Shown piece after piece: positions 1 to 16,195 of a stretch of 64,000 bases of DNA. A program made the position numbers and the translations under genes. Position 1 is the first letter of the stretch. Each line of letters begins with the position of its first letter. The DNA lies in assembly GCF_009914755.1 (NCBI RefSeq), contig NC_060932.1; one strand, written 5' to 3'. This stretch comes from the human T2T-CHM13v2.0 reference genome, Homo sapiens. The notes below the pieces were generated by a model. The model saw only the letters and a list, made by a program, of their open reading frames with translations. It had not been told where the DNA came from and ran no database searches.

Positions 1-51
1 TGGCTCACGCCTGTAATCGTAGCTCTTTGGGAGGTGGAGGCGGGCGGATCA

Positions 52-351
<300 letters not shown>

Positions 352-505
352 TTAAGACACTAAAGAATTTCAAGGCCAGGCGCGGTGGCTCACGCCTGTA
401 ACCCCAGCACTTTGGGAGGCCGACGGGGGCGGATCACTTGAGGTCAGGAGTTCCAGACCAGCCTGGCCAACATGTCGAAACCCCGTCTCTACTAATAATA
501 GATTA

Positions 506-685
<180 letters not shown>

Positions 686-1494
686 CTAAAAGCAATGTGG
701 AGTAGAAATGCTCACGCTAAATGGCACAAACTCCACAGTTATATGTTACTTAACAGATCTCAGTTCCTTAAGAGAAACTCAATGGGCACAGTATTTCACA
801 CTAGATACCTCCTTTCAGACAAGACTGGACGGCCAGTAGATGCACGATACCCCCAACTCATGAAGTCGAGCATAGAATCACCCAACAAGTTACCCAGAAG
901 GTAAACTTCTCGGGTACTGCAGCTAGAAGAAGCGAGAGACCTCTCCCTGGGCTAGGGACTGACTTCAAGAAAAGAACTAATCTGAGCGGACACGAGGAAC
1001 AAGCAGAAAGGAAAAGCGACAGGGCTACCATGCTCCTAACTCCACCCTCCCGCGCTCAGCCCGGAGAAGGCCCAGTCTCGCTGGCTGCTGCCCCTCCTTC
1101 CACCTCTTTCCAAACCCACCGAGCGGCGCCAGGAAAGGTCCCGCCGCCCTCTTCTCCCCTCCCCCAAACTAGGGGCTGGGGAGGCCCAAGGAGGTTAACA
1201 GCTTCCGTTCCTTCCCCGCCTAGAAGGGAAGGGGTGGGAAGTGGGATTGCGAGCTCGTCCCGTCTCGGCCTCCCTCGCCCTCCACCCTTACCCGGAGCTC
1301 CGTTTCCGCCCCAGCCCGAGACTCACTCGTCAGTCCCGCAGCCACCGCAGCCGGGTCCCCGCGTACTGCCACAGCCCCTATCCCAGGGCCGCCCCCCCAC
1401 CCCCAGCTGCCTGCTCCGGTGGGTTCCGGGGCAGTCGAAAGAATTACTTCCGCTGGGTCAGAGCCGCTTTCGGCGACGCGCGGGAGATCCGTAC

Positions 1495-1560
1495 CTGGTG
1501 AGGCGAGGACGCAGAGTGTGTCGCTCACTTCCGTCTGGAGGTAGGGCGTAGCGCCCTACT
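1495..1560 (-). other. ELOC: Probable non-coding first exon of ELOC (5' boundary approximate)
   Basis: Minus-strand donor CAG|GTACGG at 1495/1494; a second candidate donor CGG|GTAAGG at 1292/1291. No coding sequence in the window, identity by synteny only. Confidence 0.55.
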
Positions 1561-1634
1561 CTTTTCCCCTATAGTAGGCCAGCCTATGAACGCAACCGGC
1601 AAATTTCGACCAATCCGAGTCTAGCTCTTCTGGA

Positions 1635-1799
1635 TTCCCAGCATGCAGCGCAGACCCTGATCCAATTGCTGTAAAGACGCATCCTTAGAGAGGCTCTCGG
1701 GAGTCCGAGAGAGCACTGCATTCTGGGATTTGTAGTTTCTCTGGTGGATACCGTCGGCGTTGGGACCGAGGCAGCCCTGCATCCTGGGACTTGTAGTTT
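1635..1799. promoter_or_regulatory. Three ZNF143/THAP11 (SBS) motifs
   Basis: Minus strand AAACTACAAATCCCAGAATGCAGTG (1714-1738) and AAACTACAAGTCCCAGGATGCAG (1777-1799); plus strand TTCCCAGCATGCAG (1635-1648). The first two match ACTACAnnTCCCAnnATGC. Confidence 0.8.
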
Positions 1800-3926
1800 C
1801 TCGCACTGCGTGTTAAGATTTTGGTGGTTACAGAGACTGTCCGTACCTCTCATTTAGGGTTACGCCTGGAGGTGGGAGACTGCTGAGGAAAGATTGAAAC
1901 GTGGGAGGGCGGTTTCTTTGCTAACGAGATCGTACTCTTTATGAAGCAGCATCTGTCCCTGGTGAAAAGTTGCTGTGCGTGCTGAAGAGCCAGCACAGCA
2001 ACGACTAGCGCAATCGGCTGGCCTCATTTCCTCTCTTCCCGGTAGAATTCAATGTTAACTGAAAACTAACCACGTCCCCCACTCCACCCGCGAGGGTCCT
2101 GCCTTTGCCTCTGGGTTAGCTCAGCTGTCCTGGATCCGGAGCTCACGCACAGAAAATCCAGGCGCCTGCCAACACCGTTACTCAGTTTTTGGGAACTTCT
2201 TTCTCATTCCACGCCCCGCTTCCCACCCCCCCGCGTTTCCTATGGTAAGATATACAGGCACCTTTCCAGGAAGGCTGAAACAGCTAAATAAAGTTCACCT
2301 TCTACTGTTTTCCAGGAGTGTGGCATGAAGAGAATGTATGTAGGGCCAAGACAACATTACAAGGTGCTCAACGAGGCACTTTGTGTGCTCAAAAAATAGA
2401 TAACAGGCTATCTAGAGTTTGTTGAACTGAGGACTTGCCAGAAAGGCTTTTTTTTTGTTTAATTTAGTTAATTTGGTAGATAAAAGACATTGGTTTTTTA
2501 TAATTAGTTGCAATAATCAAGGAGATTGTCTTGGATAAATTTTTTAAAGCCTTTACAGAAATCAGAACAAAGATTTTTTGGCTGTAATGGTAGCTCGAAG
2601 TAGAGTTTGGTGGGGAGGACAGGCATGGAGGTGCAGATGAGGAGGCTGTAGGCCCCTTTTCTTTTCTCTTCTCTTTTCTTTCCTTCTTTTTTATTGAGAG
2701 GGTGTCTCGCTCTGTCTCCCAGGCTGGCGTGCAGTGGCGCAATCTCGGCTCACTGCAGCCTCCACCTCCCAGGCCCAAGCAATTCTCGTGCCTCAGCCCC
2801 CTGAGTAGCTGGGATTACGGGTGTGCTCCACCACGCCGGGCGACTTTTTTCTGTGTTTTTAGTGAAGACGGGGTTTCACCATGTTGGCCAGGCTGGTCTC
2901 AAACTCCTGACCACAAGTGATCCGCCCACCTTGGCCTCCCAAAGTGCTGGGATTACAGCCGTGAGCCACTGCGCGCGGCCTAAAAACATCCTTAAAATCA
3001 TTCTAAAATCCCATTAGTTTATATTTAACAAATGTCTCTAACTTACTGGAACTGGAAAATCCATCTAACATAAATAACAATTCTATGTAAATCTATGGTA
3101 CAGAGTTTTCAGACTATAATCTGATTTTATCTATTTAGAAATTTTGAGAAATAGATCAAACAAAAGTTTTTATTTTCATTTACTTACAGTATTTGTAGGG
3201 GGAACAGCTTTACAGAAGATAAAAAATTTGAGTTCTCTTAATATAGTTAAGAAAAACATTTTTATGTGAAAATTTTAAATATATCAGCAAAATAATAGAG
3301 TGAATATTGATTGTGAGTGAATTACCCTAAACAGAAGAGTTTTTAAAATGTAAATAGGCCAGGTGTGGTAGCTCAGGTTCTGTGACACTTTGGGAGGCCC
3401 AGGCGGGAGGATCCCTTGATTCCAGGAGCTCAAGACCAGCCTGGGCAACAAAAGGAAACCCTGTATCCACTAAAAATACAAAAATTAGCTGGGCATGGTG
3501 ACGTGGCCTGTAGTCCCAGGTACTTGGGAGGCTGAAGTGAGAGGAACACTTGAGCCTGGGAGGTCAAGGCTGCAGTGAGCTATGATGGTGCCACTGCACT
3601 CCAGCCTGGGCGACAGAGCAAGACCCTGTCTCAAAAACAAAATAAAAGGTGGGCACAGTGGCTCACCCTTGTAATTCCAGCACTTTGGGAGGCTGAGGTG
3701 GGCGGATAGCTTGAGCCTCAGGAGTTTGAGACCAACCTGGGCTATATGGTGAAACTCCATCTCTACTATTAAAACAAATATTAAAATAAAAATAAACAAA
3801 ATGTAAGTAGAAGCTAACTTTTTATAAAATAAAGTTATCCATATAGAGGTATTATCATTATCTCCTTCTGAATACTCCCCCCAATAGACAGTATTTGGAG
3901 TTGCCAACATGATCATATTCTATTGA

Positions 3927-4091
<165 letters not shown>

Positions 4092-5216
4092 TAAAAATTT
4101 TTTGTAGAGACAGGGTCTCACTTTGTTGCCCAGGCTGGTCTCAAACTCCTGGAATCAAGTGATCCTCTCACCTGGGCCTCCACGTAGTATTGGAATTGCA
4201 GGCGTGAGCTCCCGCCCCTGGCCACACATTATTTTAGACTATGAATTTGTTCCTCTCCGGTGCAAATAACATGTCAAATCAAAAACATGTATAGTTCTGC
4301 AGTGGTAAACAAAAGTGTGTTTCTATTACTAAGATGCTCATCCTTCAAGACTGAGCTAAATGTGAAGCCAGTCTGAAGACATTCTGAGGCAAAATTAATC
4401 ATGTTCTTCTTTGTACTTCTGTGGCATTTGTTTGTTCTTTTTTTTGAGACACGGTGTCACTTTGTGGTCCAGGCTGGAGTGCAGTAGTGTGGTCTTGGCT
4501 CACTGAAGCCTCGACTTTGGGCTCAAGCAATCCTACCATGTCAGCCTCCTGGGTAGCTGGGACCACAGGCACACACTTACCATGTGTGGCTTATTTTTGT
4601 TTTAGGTTTTTTTTTTTTTTTTTTTTTTGTAGAGACGGGGTCTCCCTGTATTGCTCAGGCTGGTCTCAAACTCCTGGCCTCAAGAGATCTTCCTGCCTAA
4701 ACCTCCCAAAGCGCTGGGATTACAGGTGTAAGCCACCACGGCCAGCCACATTTTGTATATTGCGGTGTCTCAATTGTATTACATTATATTCTAGCCAATT
4801 TTCAGGTATTTTCCTCCACTGTTTAAGCACTGTGGATTCCCAGTTTAATCTAGTATTTTGTATCCTCTGCTCCTAGCTCAGTCCTGGCAATAGATTCAGT
4901 ACCTCTTTAACAAGTAATGAATCAATGTGTATATGGATGTGAATGATTTCCGAAGACAAATCTGGTAACACCTATCAATATTACATGAACAATTCCATTT
5001 ATTTTCCTCCAACCCGATGATTCAATTAAGTTATCACTCATTTTTGTTCAAATCGTATATTCTTTCTTCTGTGCCAACAGGCTAGAATCATTTTCCGCAA
5101 AGGAAACAGTTTTTAGTGATGTCGTCCACGAGAAAAAAAAATATTTAACCCTGGCTTCTGGGCATTGTCATTCTCGTACAGCCCTCTGCCCCTCCACACT
5201 GTTATAAAGAAGGTAA

Positions 5217-6002
<786 letters not shown>

Positions 6003-6468
6003 TGACAACTATATGTAGTTCCTTTTCTGCCCTTGAGTAGAAGCTTAGAAGTGTTAATTTGCAAAAAATTGGATGCAGCACCTGGAAATAGAACCGAAAG
6101 AGCCAGGTTAACCTGACTTTGAGCTTGTTCTACTTTTATGAGGTGGCTGTACTTTTAAGAATTACTTTGGTCCCTGGGAAAAGGGGGATGCAGATGTTAA
6201 TTCTTTTATTTTGATCTGAATAAATTGTCTTCTAATTCTACTCTGTAAAATATCAGGATTGGCAAACCTGGTTAAAACTTGGAAGAAATGCTTAAAATGG
6301 AAATTGGAATCTAATTACATTTCAGCATTGAGGAATTAGGCATGCCTTTTACATTTTGAAGTGTATACACTGTGAAACTCATTTTCAGATGTATGGGGAA
6401 CGCTTCTGTTCCCTTGAAATTTGATGTAGGATTTCAAGTAAATTTTATTTCTTTTTTTTTGGAGGTGA

Positions 6469-6810
<342 letters not shown>

Positions 6811-7514
6811 TAGAGAAAGATTTGATCTCTTTAATACTATCATATAAATATTTTAGCAGTATTTGTAAAAGGCCTGGACTTTAAATATAATGTGAGTTTG
6901 CGGAGTATTTTACTTAAATTATTTTAGTAAAATTAAATTTTATTTCTTAGAGATGGGGTCTTGCCATGTTGCCCAGGCTGGCCTTAAACTCCTGGGCTCA
7001 AGTGATCCACCTCAGCCTCCCCAGTAGCTGGGGCTATAGACGTGTTCCATTACACCAGCTAAATGTATTTATTTTTTGAAAAGGTGTTGCATTTAAATAG
7101 AATGGAAATGATGTCGTCATTAACAGTGGAGTAGAAGAAACTGTTACTATTTTTACTTGTTCAAGGTCACACTAGACCTAGAAACCTGAGAGCTGGGATG
7201 CTAAGCTAACAAACTCCAGCTCTGCAGTTTTCTACTTGTGACTAGAATTAAGGCAAGCCATTCTGTCAGCCAATTTATTTCTTTAACTCTGTAGATTATT
7301 TGGGAGAATTCCTTATGTCACCTCATGTGACAAGTTCTTTTCATTACAATTTTATTTTATTTTTTTGAGACGGAGTCGTGCTCTGTTGCCCAGGTTGGAG
7401 TACAGTGGTGTGATCTCGGACCACTGCAATCTCCGCCTCCCAGGTTCAAGCGATTCTTCTGCCTCAGCCTCCGGAGTAGCTGGATTACAGGCGCCAGACA
7501 CCATGCCCGGCTAA

Positions 7515-7829
<315 letters not shown>

Positions 7830-8017
7830 TAATCCCAGCTACTCAGGAGACTGAGGCAGGAGAATTGCTTGAACCCGGGAAGCAGAGGTTGCAATGGTGA
7901 GCTGAGATCGCACCACTGCCCTCCAGTCTGGGAGACAGAGCAAGACTCTGTCTCAAAAAAAAAAACTTAAAAAAATTTAAGAAGGTTAGTTGACCATAAT
8001 GATCCCTGTTTCAATAG

Positions 8018-8128
<111 letters not shown>

Positions 8129-8360
8129 TAATTGGAGGTGGGTGTACTTACTTTGTTTTTTTCTCTTTTAATTGTAAAAATATCCTTACCATATCTTACT
8201 TGTTGTTATGGCATCCCTTAATTACAAGACGTAAGGAAAATTAGATTTTCATTTTTTTTTCTTGAGGTGTGTTGATAAGATGTAGAGACCTTTGCATTTT
8301 TAGATTTTTATTTGAGACAGAGTCTCACTCTGTTGTCCAGGCTGGAGTGCAGTGGCATGA

Positions 8361-8618
<258 letters not shown>

Positions 8619-8857
8619 TAACTTCCCCTCATTGCTTTATTTTTTTATTTTTTGCTGCTTTTGTTTTTCCAAATAAACTTTATAATCAACTTGTTTAGGA
8701 TCTCAACTTTATTTTCCAAACAGATGGTATTTTTTATTAGGATCGTATTAAAATTATAAATTAAAGGTAAGGTAAATTTACATTTTAAGTCATTTTTTAT
8801 TGTGGTTAGATAAACATAAAATTTTTCACTTTAATCATTTTGAAGTATACAGTTTAG

Positions 8858-9139
<282 letters not shown>

Positions 9140-9320
9140 TTGGCTAATTAAAAAAAATTTTTTTTGTAGAGACAGGTCTTCCTATGGTGCCTAGGCTGGT
9201 CTCAAACTGGTCTCAAGCAGTCCTTCTGCCTACACCTTCCAAAGTGCTGAGATTACAGGCATGAGCCACTGCACTCTGCTAGAAGTCATTTATTTTTAAT
9301 CTTTCTAAGGTAATAGGTAA

Positions 9321-9602
<282 letters not shown>

Positions 9603-9813
9603 TAAAGAAATTGAATACCTTTCCCATATGTTTCTGTTTTTTTTTTTTGAGATGGAGTCTCGCTTTGTCTCCCAAGCTGGAGTGCAGTGTGCAGTCTTGG
9701 CTCACTGCAGCCTCTACCTCCTGGGTTCAAGGATTTTCCTGCCTCAGCCTCCTGAATAGCTGGGATTACAAGCACTTGCCACCATGCCCAGCTAATTTTT
9801 GTATTGTTAGTAG

Positions 9814-9981
<168 letters not shown>

Positions 9982-10391
9982 TAATCCTGGGCACTTAGCC
10001 TGATAGAATTTCCCATGTTTGAATATTTTATGTTAGATATACTGGAGTGCTTGTTAATAGAGAGTTTTGTTTGATAATCTGCTATCTGAATCAACTTTTG
10101 TAGTACAATATTAGTAAGGATCTTTAAGTAATATTAACTACTTTATTGTGGAACTGAGGTAGGGCCACTTAAACCCTAAAGCAGATTTCCTGCCTGGAGA
10201 GGCAGTGCATTCTAATGGTCAGTAGCAGGGACATTGAAGTCAAAATATGTAAAGTCCTTAAAACAGAGCTTAGAATATAATAAGCACTGTATTTATGGTT
10301 TGATTTTGTTGTCTTGAGCTGATACAGTAAGAAGAAAAATGGAAGAATTAGTGGGATAGATTGATTCTTTTATAAAATTTAAAAGTATTGA

Positions 10392-10883
<492 letters not shown>

Positions 10884-12050
10884 GCCTATTTGTTAGTGTT
10901 CGTGCTCAAATGTGATTTACGTTTTAATGTATAATAATAAAATTGCCTTTTGCATTCCGTTAGTGACTGATTGTTAAAAATAATTTGAAATTATCAAAGC
11001 TTTTAATTTCCAGAGAATGATGTTTGTTTATAATAAAACAAGCTATGTTTGAAAACCAAAATGTAGTATCTACCATTCGTGTTTTAGAAAGGTATGTGAA
11101 TAAATATGTTCATGCTAGTATAAGAGTTCTGTGTTACTGTGGTTGACTCTAAACTGGGGATCTGATGTCAGTAGCAAATGGGAGAGTTGCTTTATTCTTT
11201 GTGTATGGATTTTTCTAAGTGTATAAATATTTTCCGACATTAAAAGACATTTTCTCTTTGAGGAAGACACAGTCATAGGTGGTGCGGAGCTGTGGTCCAC
11301 CTGCTCCTGCTCCTGACTCACTGCTCTTTGCTGTTGCCTGAGGACCAAGTCTGTCAGGAAGCTGGCTAGGAAGCCTTGCAGCAGCCATGGCTTTTAAACA
11401 TACCAGAAAAACACCCGTGGAGTCAGAGGTGGCAATTCACCGAATTCATATCACTCTAACGAGTTGCAACGTAAAATCCCTGGATAAGGTGTGTGCTGAC
11501 TTGATCTGAGGAGCAAAGGAAAAGAATCAGTGAAAGGACCAGTTTGAATGCCTACCAAGACTTTGAGAATCACTACAAGAAAAACTTACGGTGAAGGTTC
11601 TAAGGCATGGGATCGTTTCCAGATGAGAATCCACAAGCGACTCATTGACTTGCGCAGTCCTCAGATAGTTAAGCAGATTACTTCCATCAGTATTGAGCCA
11701 GGAGTTGAGATGGAAGTCACCATTGCAAATGCTTAAGTCAACTGTTTTCATAAATTGATTACCAGTTGTTAAAAAATTTTCAAAAAACCGCAAAATTTCA
11801 AGAAATTCACAAATTATGGGAGCAGTTTTAAGTCTTCTTTGGTTCAGAACACAGGTTTTTGCCTAACCCCTGGCATGATTGCCCATAAGAACATACATGT
11901 ACAGTTGAACTGGTGGTTAGCTATACGGGAAATGGTAAGTAGTGTTGTCTTCAGTATCTTAATTTGTTTCTGCAACTGTGCACTCCTCCCTTGGTGGCAC
12001 CCTATGGGTGTAGGAAAACCACTGTTATTAAACAGGTGAAAAATACCTTG
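10884..12050 (+). terminator. TMEM70: TMEM70 3'UTR with multiple poly(A) signals
   Basis: AATAAA at 10936, 11032 and 11099; ATTAAA at 12027. The distal end is inferred. Confidence 0.6.
11253..11790 (+). pseudogene. RPS20 processed pseudogene (probably RPS20P21)
   Basis: RPS20-like 5'UTR, ATG 11387 ([20 protein letters not shown]), in-frame TGA at 11507, frameshift near 11528, C-terminal half [13 protein letters not shown]...VTIANA* ending 11736, no introns, decayed A-tail. Confidence 0.93.
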
Positions 12051-12639
12051 TGTAAAATTGCTGTCTCTATGCTAGCTTTGTCAAGAATATCCATTGTAAG
12101 ATTTTTACCTCTATTGTAAAGTGGAGATTGACTCTTGCCAAGGATTTTTAGCCAGGAACAAGAGGCCTCAAACCACACTATTTAGATCAGTAGATATTTA
12201 CTAAGTGCCCAGTACTGTGCTAGTTACTAAGATCACAGTTAAGAATGAAACACCCCGTCTGTCTTTATGGAGCTACCTAACATTGTCTATGGCCACCATG
12301 ATAGTAAATTTAAACTTTATGGCGTACATGTGTATGAGGGAGGTTGATGGGGAAGCAGCAGGAACATCTGTTCAAAGAGATCATTCAACTCCCAGGCTGC
12401 TCGAAACTTATTCATAGGAGATAAGACAGAAAAGCTGTCTTTCTGAGACGTAGAGCCTGCCCTCTGCTTGGATTGTCCAGCTCACCAGACTGAGAATTCC
12501 CACCGCCATTCCTCTGTGCCATCTTCTGCTCAAGGTGGGTTTTTGCCTGCTTGCTTCTCTGTCCTTTGTCCCCTAGATGTATCCTAGCAATGAATGAGAG
12601 ATGTGTTTCTATTTTTTTCATAGCAACCTACTAGATAAG

Positions 12640-12822
12640 GGAAGCTTGTCCAGCCTGCAGCCCAGGACGGCTTTGAATGTGGCCCAACACAAATTCGTAA
12701 ACTTAAATTTTATTTTTGAGATTTTTTTTTTTAAGCTCATCACTATCATTAGTATATTTTATGTGTGGCCCAAGACAATTCTTCCAACGTGGCCCAGGGA
12801 AGCCAAAAGATTGGACACCCCT
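12640..12822. mobile_element. MER30-like hAT-Charlie DNA transposon relic
   Basis: CAGCCCAGGACGGCTTTGAATGTGGCCCAACACAAATTCGTAAAC...GGCCCAGGGAAGCCAAAAGATTGGACACCCCT resembles the MER30 consensus. Confidence 0.75.
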
Positions 12823-12875
12823 AAGATAAGAGATATCTTTCTATAGAAAGTTATTCTATGATCAAATGTTTATTA

Positions 12876-13073
<198 letters not shown>

Positions 13074-13178
13074 TCACTCCTAGTTCCCCCTAGAAAAAAT
13101 AGCATTGTTTACATTTTAAAGATCTCTTCCAATATTACATCTCTTCATAACTTGTTTTAAGTGCAATATATTTCTTTA

Positions 13179-13625
13179 TGTTATAAATAAAGTTTTGGTG
13201 CTGCAAAAGAAATAGCACTCAAATATAACATTTTATTTTTTTCTTCTCAGCAAGGCAGTTTACTTCTATAGAAGGGGGCGCCCTCACAGATGGAGCAATG
13301 GTGAGCGCACACTTGGACAAGGGAGGAAAAGGGGGTCTTATTCCTGACACATGTGGCCCCTGCTGCTCTGTTGTTCTCCTATTGGCTAGGGTTAGACCGC
13401 ACAGGCTAAACTAATTCCGACTGGCTAATTTAAAGAGACTGATAGGGTGAGTGGTTTGGCGGGAAAAATGGTTGTGGAGAATGAGCAGGTAATTGGAATG
13501 AGTCAGGGTGGAGCAGGTAATCAGAAAAGGTTGCTTTACGAGGAAGTTAAGTTTAAAAGTAGAAGGCAAAGAATTGAACATACATATTGACTCTTTGAAG
13601 AGAAATTTAGAACTCATATCTAACA
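13179..13625 (-). mobile_element. Solo LTR10 (LTR10A/F-like, HERV-I group)
   Basis: Minus strand begins TGTTAGATATGAGTTCTAAATTTCTCTTCAAAG; TG...CA ends; 4-bp TSD TTTA (13175-13178 and 13626-13629); AP-1 TGAGTCA at 13499-13505. Confidence 0.85.
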
Positions 13626-13663
13626 TTTACATGTTCTATATCCATGTGATCATTTTATGACTG

Positions 13664-14147
13664 TGCTCTCGGTCCCACAGCCGTGAAGAGGATGCCCTGC
13701 AGACTCACTGCCCACCGGCTCCCTCCCCCGCATCCCTGCAACCCCAGAGGCGAAGATGGCCTCAGGAGTGCAAGTAGCTGATGAAGTATGTCGCATTTTT
13801 TATGACATGAAAGTTCGTAAATGCTCCACACCAGAAGAAATCAAGAAAAGAAAGAAGGCTGTCATTTTTTGTCTCGGTGCAGACGAAAAGTGCATCATTG
13901 TAGAAGAAGGCAAAGAGATCTTGGTTGGAGATGTTGGTGTAACCATAACTGGTCCTTTCAAGCATTTTGTGGGAATGCTTCCTGAAAAAGATTGTCGCTG
14001 TGCTTTGTATGATGCAAGCTTTGAAACAAAAGAATCCAGTACAGAAGAGTTGATTTTTTTTTTGTAGGCATGAGAACTAGCACCTCTGAAAAGTAAAATG
14101 ATCTGTGCAACATCCAAGGATGCAATGAAAAAGAAATTTCAAGGCAT
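13664..14147 (+). pseudogene. Destrin (DSTN) processed pseudogene, 3'-truncated (probably DSTNP3)
   Basis: DSTN-like 5'UTR; ORF 13756-14067 [25 protein letters not shown]...; W104 replaced by TAG; intronless; similarity ends at KKKFQGI. Confidence 0.92.
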
Positions 14148-15702
14148 TTTATCAGTGTGTAGTGGAGTGAAAAACTTGTTTTTATTGGTTGATATCAGAA
14201 TAATTCTTCAGAAGGCAACTTGGTAGTCTAGGGGAAAAATATGCTTTCACTAAGTGGGAAAGGTGACATCTCAAGGGCATGATATGGAGTGAGAATCTAG
14301 GACAGAGAAAGGATCAGCATGCATAGGATAACAGGATGATTCATCACTGAAATAATCAGCAGAACCAACTCAGGCCAAGGTTAGGAGGAGAAACATAGGC
14401 ACCTCCCTCATGCCACTTTGCTATCCTACCCCAGGCAGAGTAATCTCAGGAAGACTGGGAAGGTAATGAATCTCTCACTGTCTAGCAAAGGTGAATCACT
14501 TATTTGCATCACAAAAGTCACCTATTTGCATGTGAAAAGGCAAGGTGATCCTAGCTGACATCTGGGTTACATCAGGTAATAACCCTGTTAACAATAAAAT
14601 ATTGCAATCCTTTTCTCTAATGTAGATTTCACTGTACTGAAAGGCTTTTGGAAGCAAAAGTAACAAGATGGCCATTAGATATGAATGGCAGTCTTAGCTT
14701 GAATGTATTTGTAAAAATTTTATTCTGATTCTTTTAGAACACCTTGAACTTGCTTTTATTTTTATTGAGAATTTCAAACACAAAAGTAAAAGAGTACAGT
14801 GAACCTGCATGACTCTATCATCCAGATTCAACAATGACCAATTTATAGTCACTATTGTTTCATCTAGACCTAATCATTTGCCCTCTACTTTTTGGGGAAA
14901 GCAAATTCCAGTCATAATAATATTTCTTTCTTAAATATTTACTTTTGTAACTCTACAAGATGAGGACTTATTTTAAAATGTAGCTACAATACCATTATCA
15001 GATCTACAAAAACAAAACAACCTCACAGCCCTAATGTCATCAATCTATCAGTCTGTTTAAATTTCCAATTGCTTCATAATTTTTTCCCACATTTGGTTTG
15101 ATTTAAGATTCAAATAATCAGAACAGAATGAAGAGTTGGTTAAAAAAATTATATATATATATCTCCAAATAAGTTTCATATCTTACACACACCAATTGTT
15201 TAAATGGTTTTTAAGGCTCTTCTAAAAGACATTTAGAAGACATTTAGATGTTGAGTCCACCCCCCAGACTCAAGCAATCCTCCCACCTGAAGCCTCCAGG
15301 GGAGTTGGGACTACAGGTGCGTGCCACCATGCCTGGCTAATTTTTGTATTTTTTTGTAGAGACAGGGTTTTACCATGTTGCCCAGGCTGATCTTGAACTC
15401 CTGGGTTCAAGTGATCCACTCGTCTTGGCCTCCTAAAGTATTGGGATTACAGATGTGAGCCACTGCATCCGGCCAGGCCTTTCCATTTTCATTTTTTTTT
15501 CCCTTGCAAATTATCTGTTGAAGAAATCATTGTTTGTCACTTAGATCTTCTCATGGTCTAGATTTTCTACTTGTATCCCTGAGCTGTATTTTAACATGTT
15601 TCTCTGTCTTCTATACTTCCTATAAATAGGTAAGTAGATCTTAAAACTTCATCAGAGTGAGGTTTGATTATTTTGGACAAAACTACTTTTATAGATGATC
15701 AT

Positions 15703-16195
15703 ATTTGTTATCTTGCTGCATAATGAATTACCCCTGAAACTTACAGGCTTAAAGCCACAATAAACATCTCTAACACTGCACAGTGTCTGTAGGTCTGGAA
15801 ATGAGGAGTGGCCTAGCTGAGTGGTTTTGGCTTTAGCTCTCTCAGGAGGTAGTTGGTGCTGCTGTCATCTGAAGGCTGGACTGTGGCATGAGGAACCCCC
15901 ACTTCCAAGATGGCTCACTTACATGACTGACAGTGTGGTACAAGCTCTTTGGCAGGAGGTCTCTGCTTCTCACCATATGGATCTCTCTTTAGCACTGCTT
16001 GCTTCTCCCAGAGTAAGTGATCCAAGAGAGCAAGGTTATACAATGTGTTGTGTGACCTACATGATATTTGCACACTGTCATTGCACAATACTTTATTGGT
16101 TACACAGTCAGCCTTATTTGATGTTGGAGGGGATTCACAAGGACATGTACACCAGGAGGTAAGGCTCACTGGGAGCTATTTGGAGGCCAGTCACC
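15703..16195. mobile_element. Old MaLR LTR (MLT1F-like)
   Basis: TTATCTTGCTGCATAATGAATTACCCC...GGCTTAAAGCCACAATAAACAT...CTTCCAAGATGGCTCACT motifs typical of MLT1. Confidence 0.55.

Larger units (their letters stand above)
1000..2250. promoter_or_regulatory. ELOC: CpG-island promoter of ELOC (TCEB1), probably bidirectional
   Basis: GC/CpG-rich stretch; ETS cores ACTTCCG at ~1446 and ~1527; ZNF143-type motifs at 1635-1799. Gene name inferred from the known divergent arrangement with TMEM70. Confidence 0.7.

Noticed and set aside
1030-1551. 173-aa Pro-rich ORF and overlapping ORFs in the ELOC island
   Set aside because: Stop-poor GC-rich DNA; no recognisable domain.
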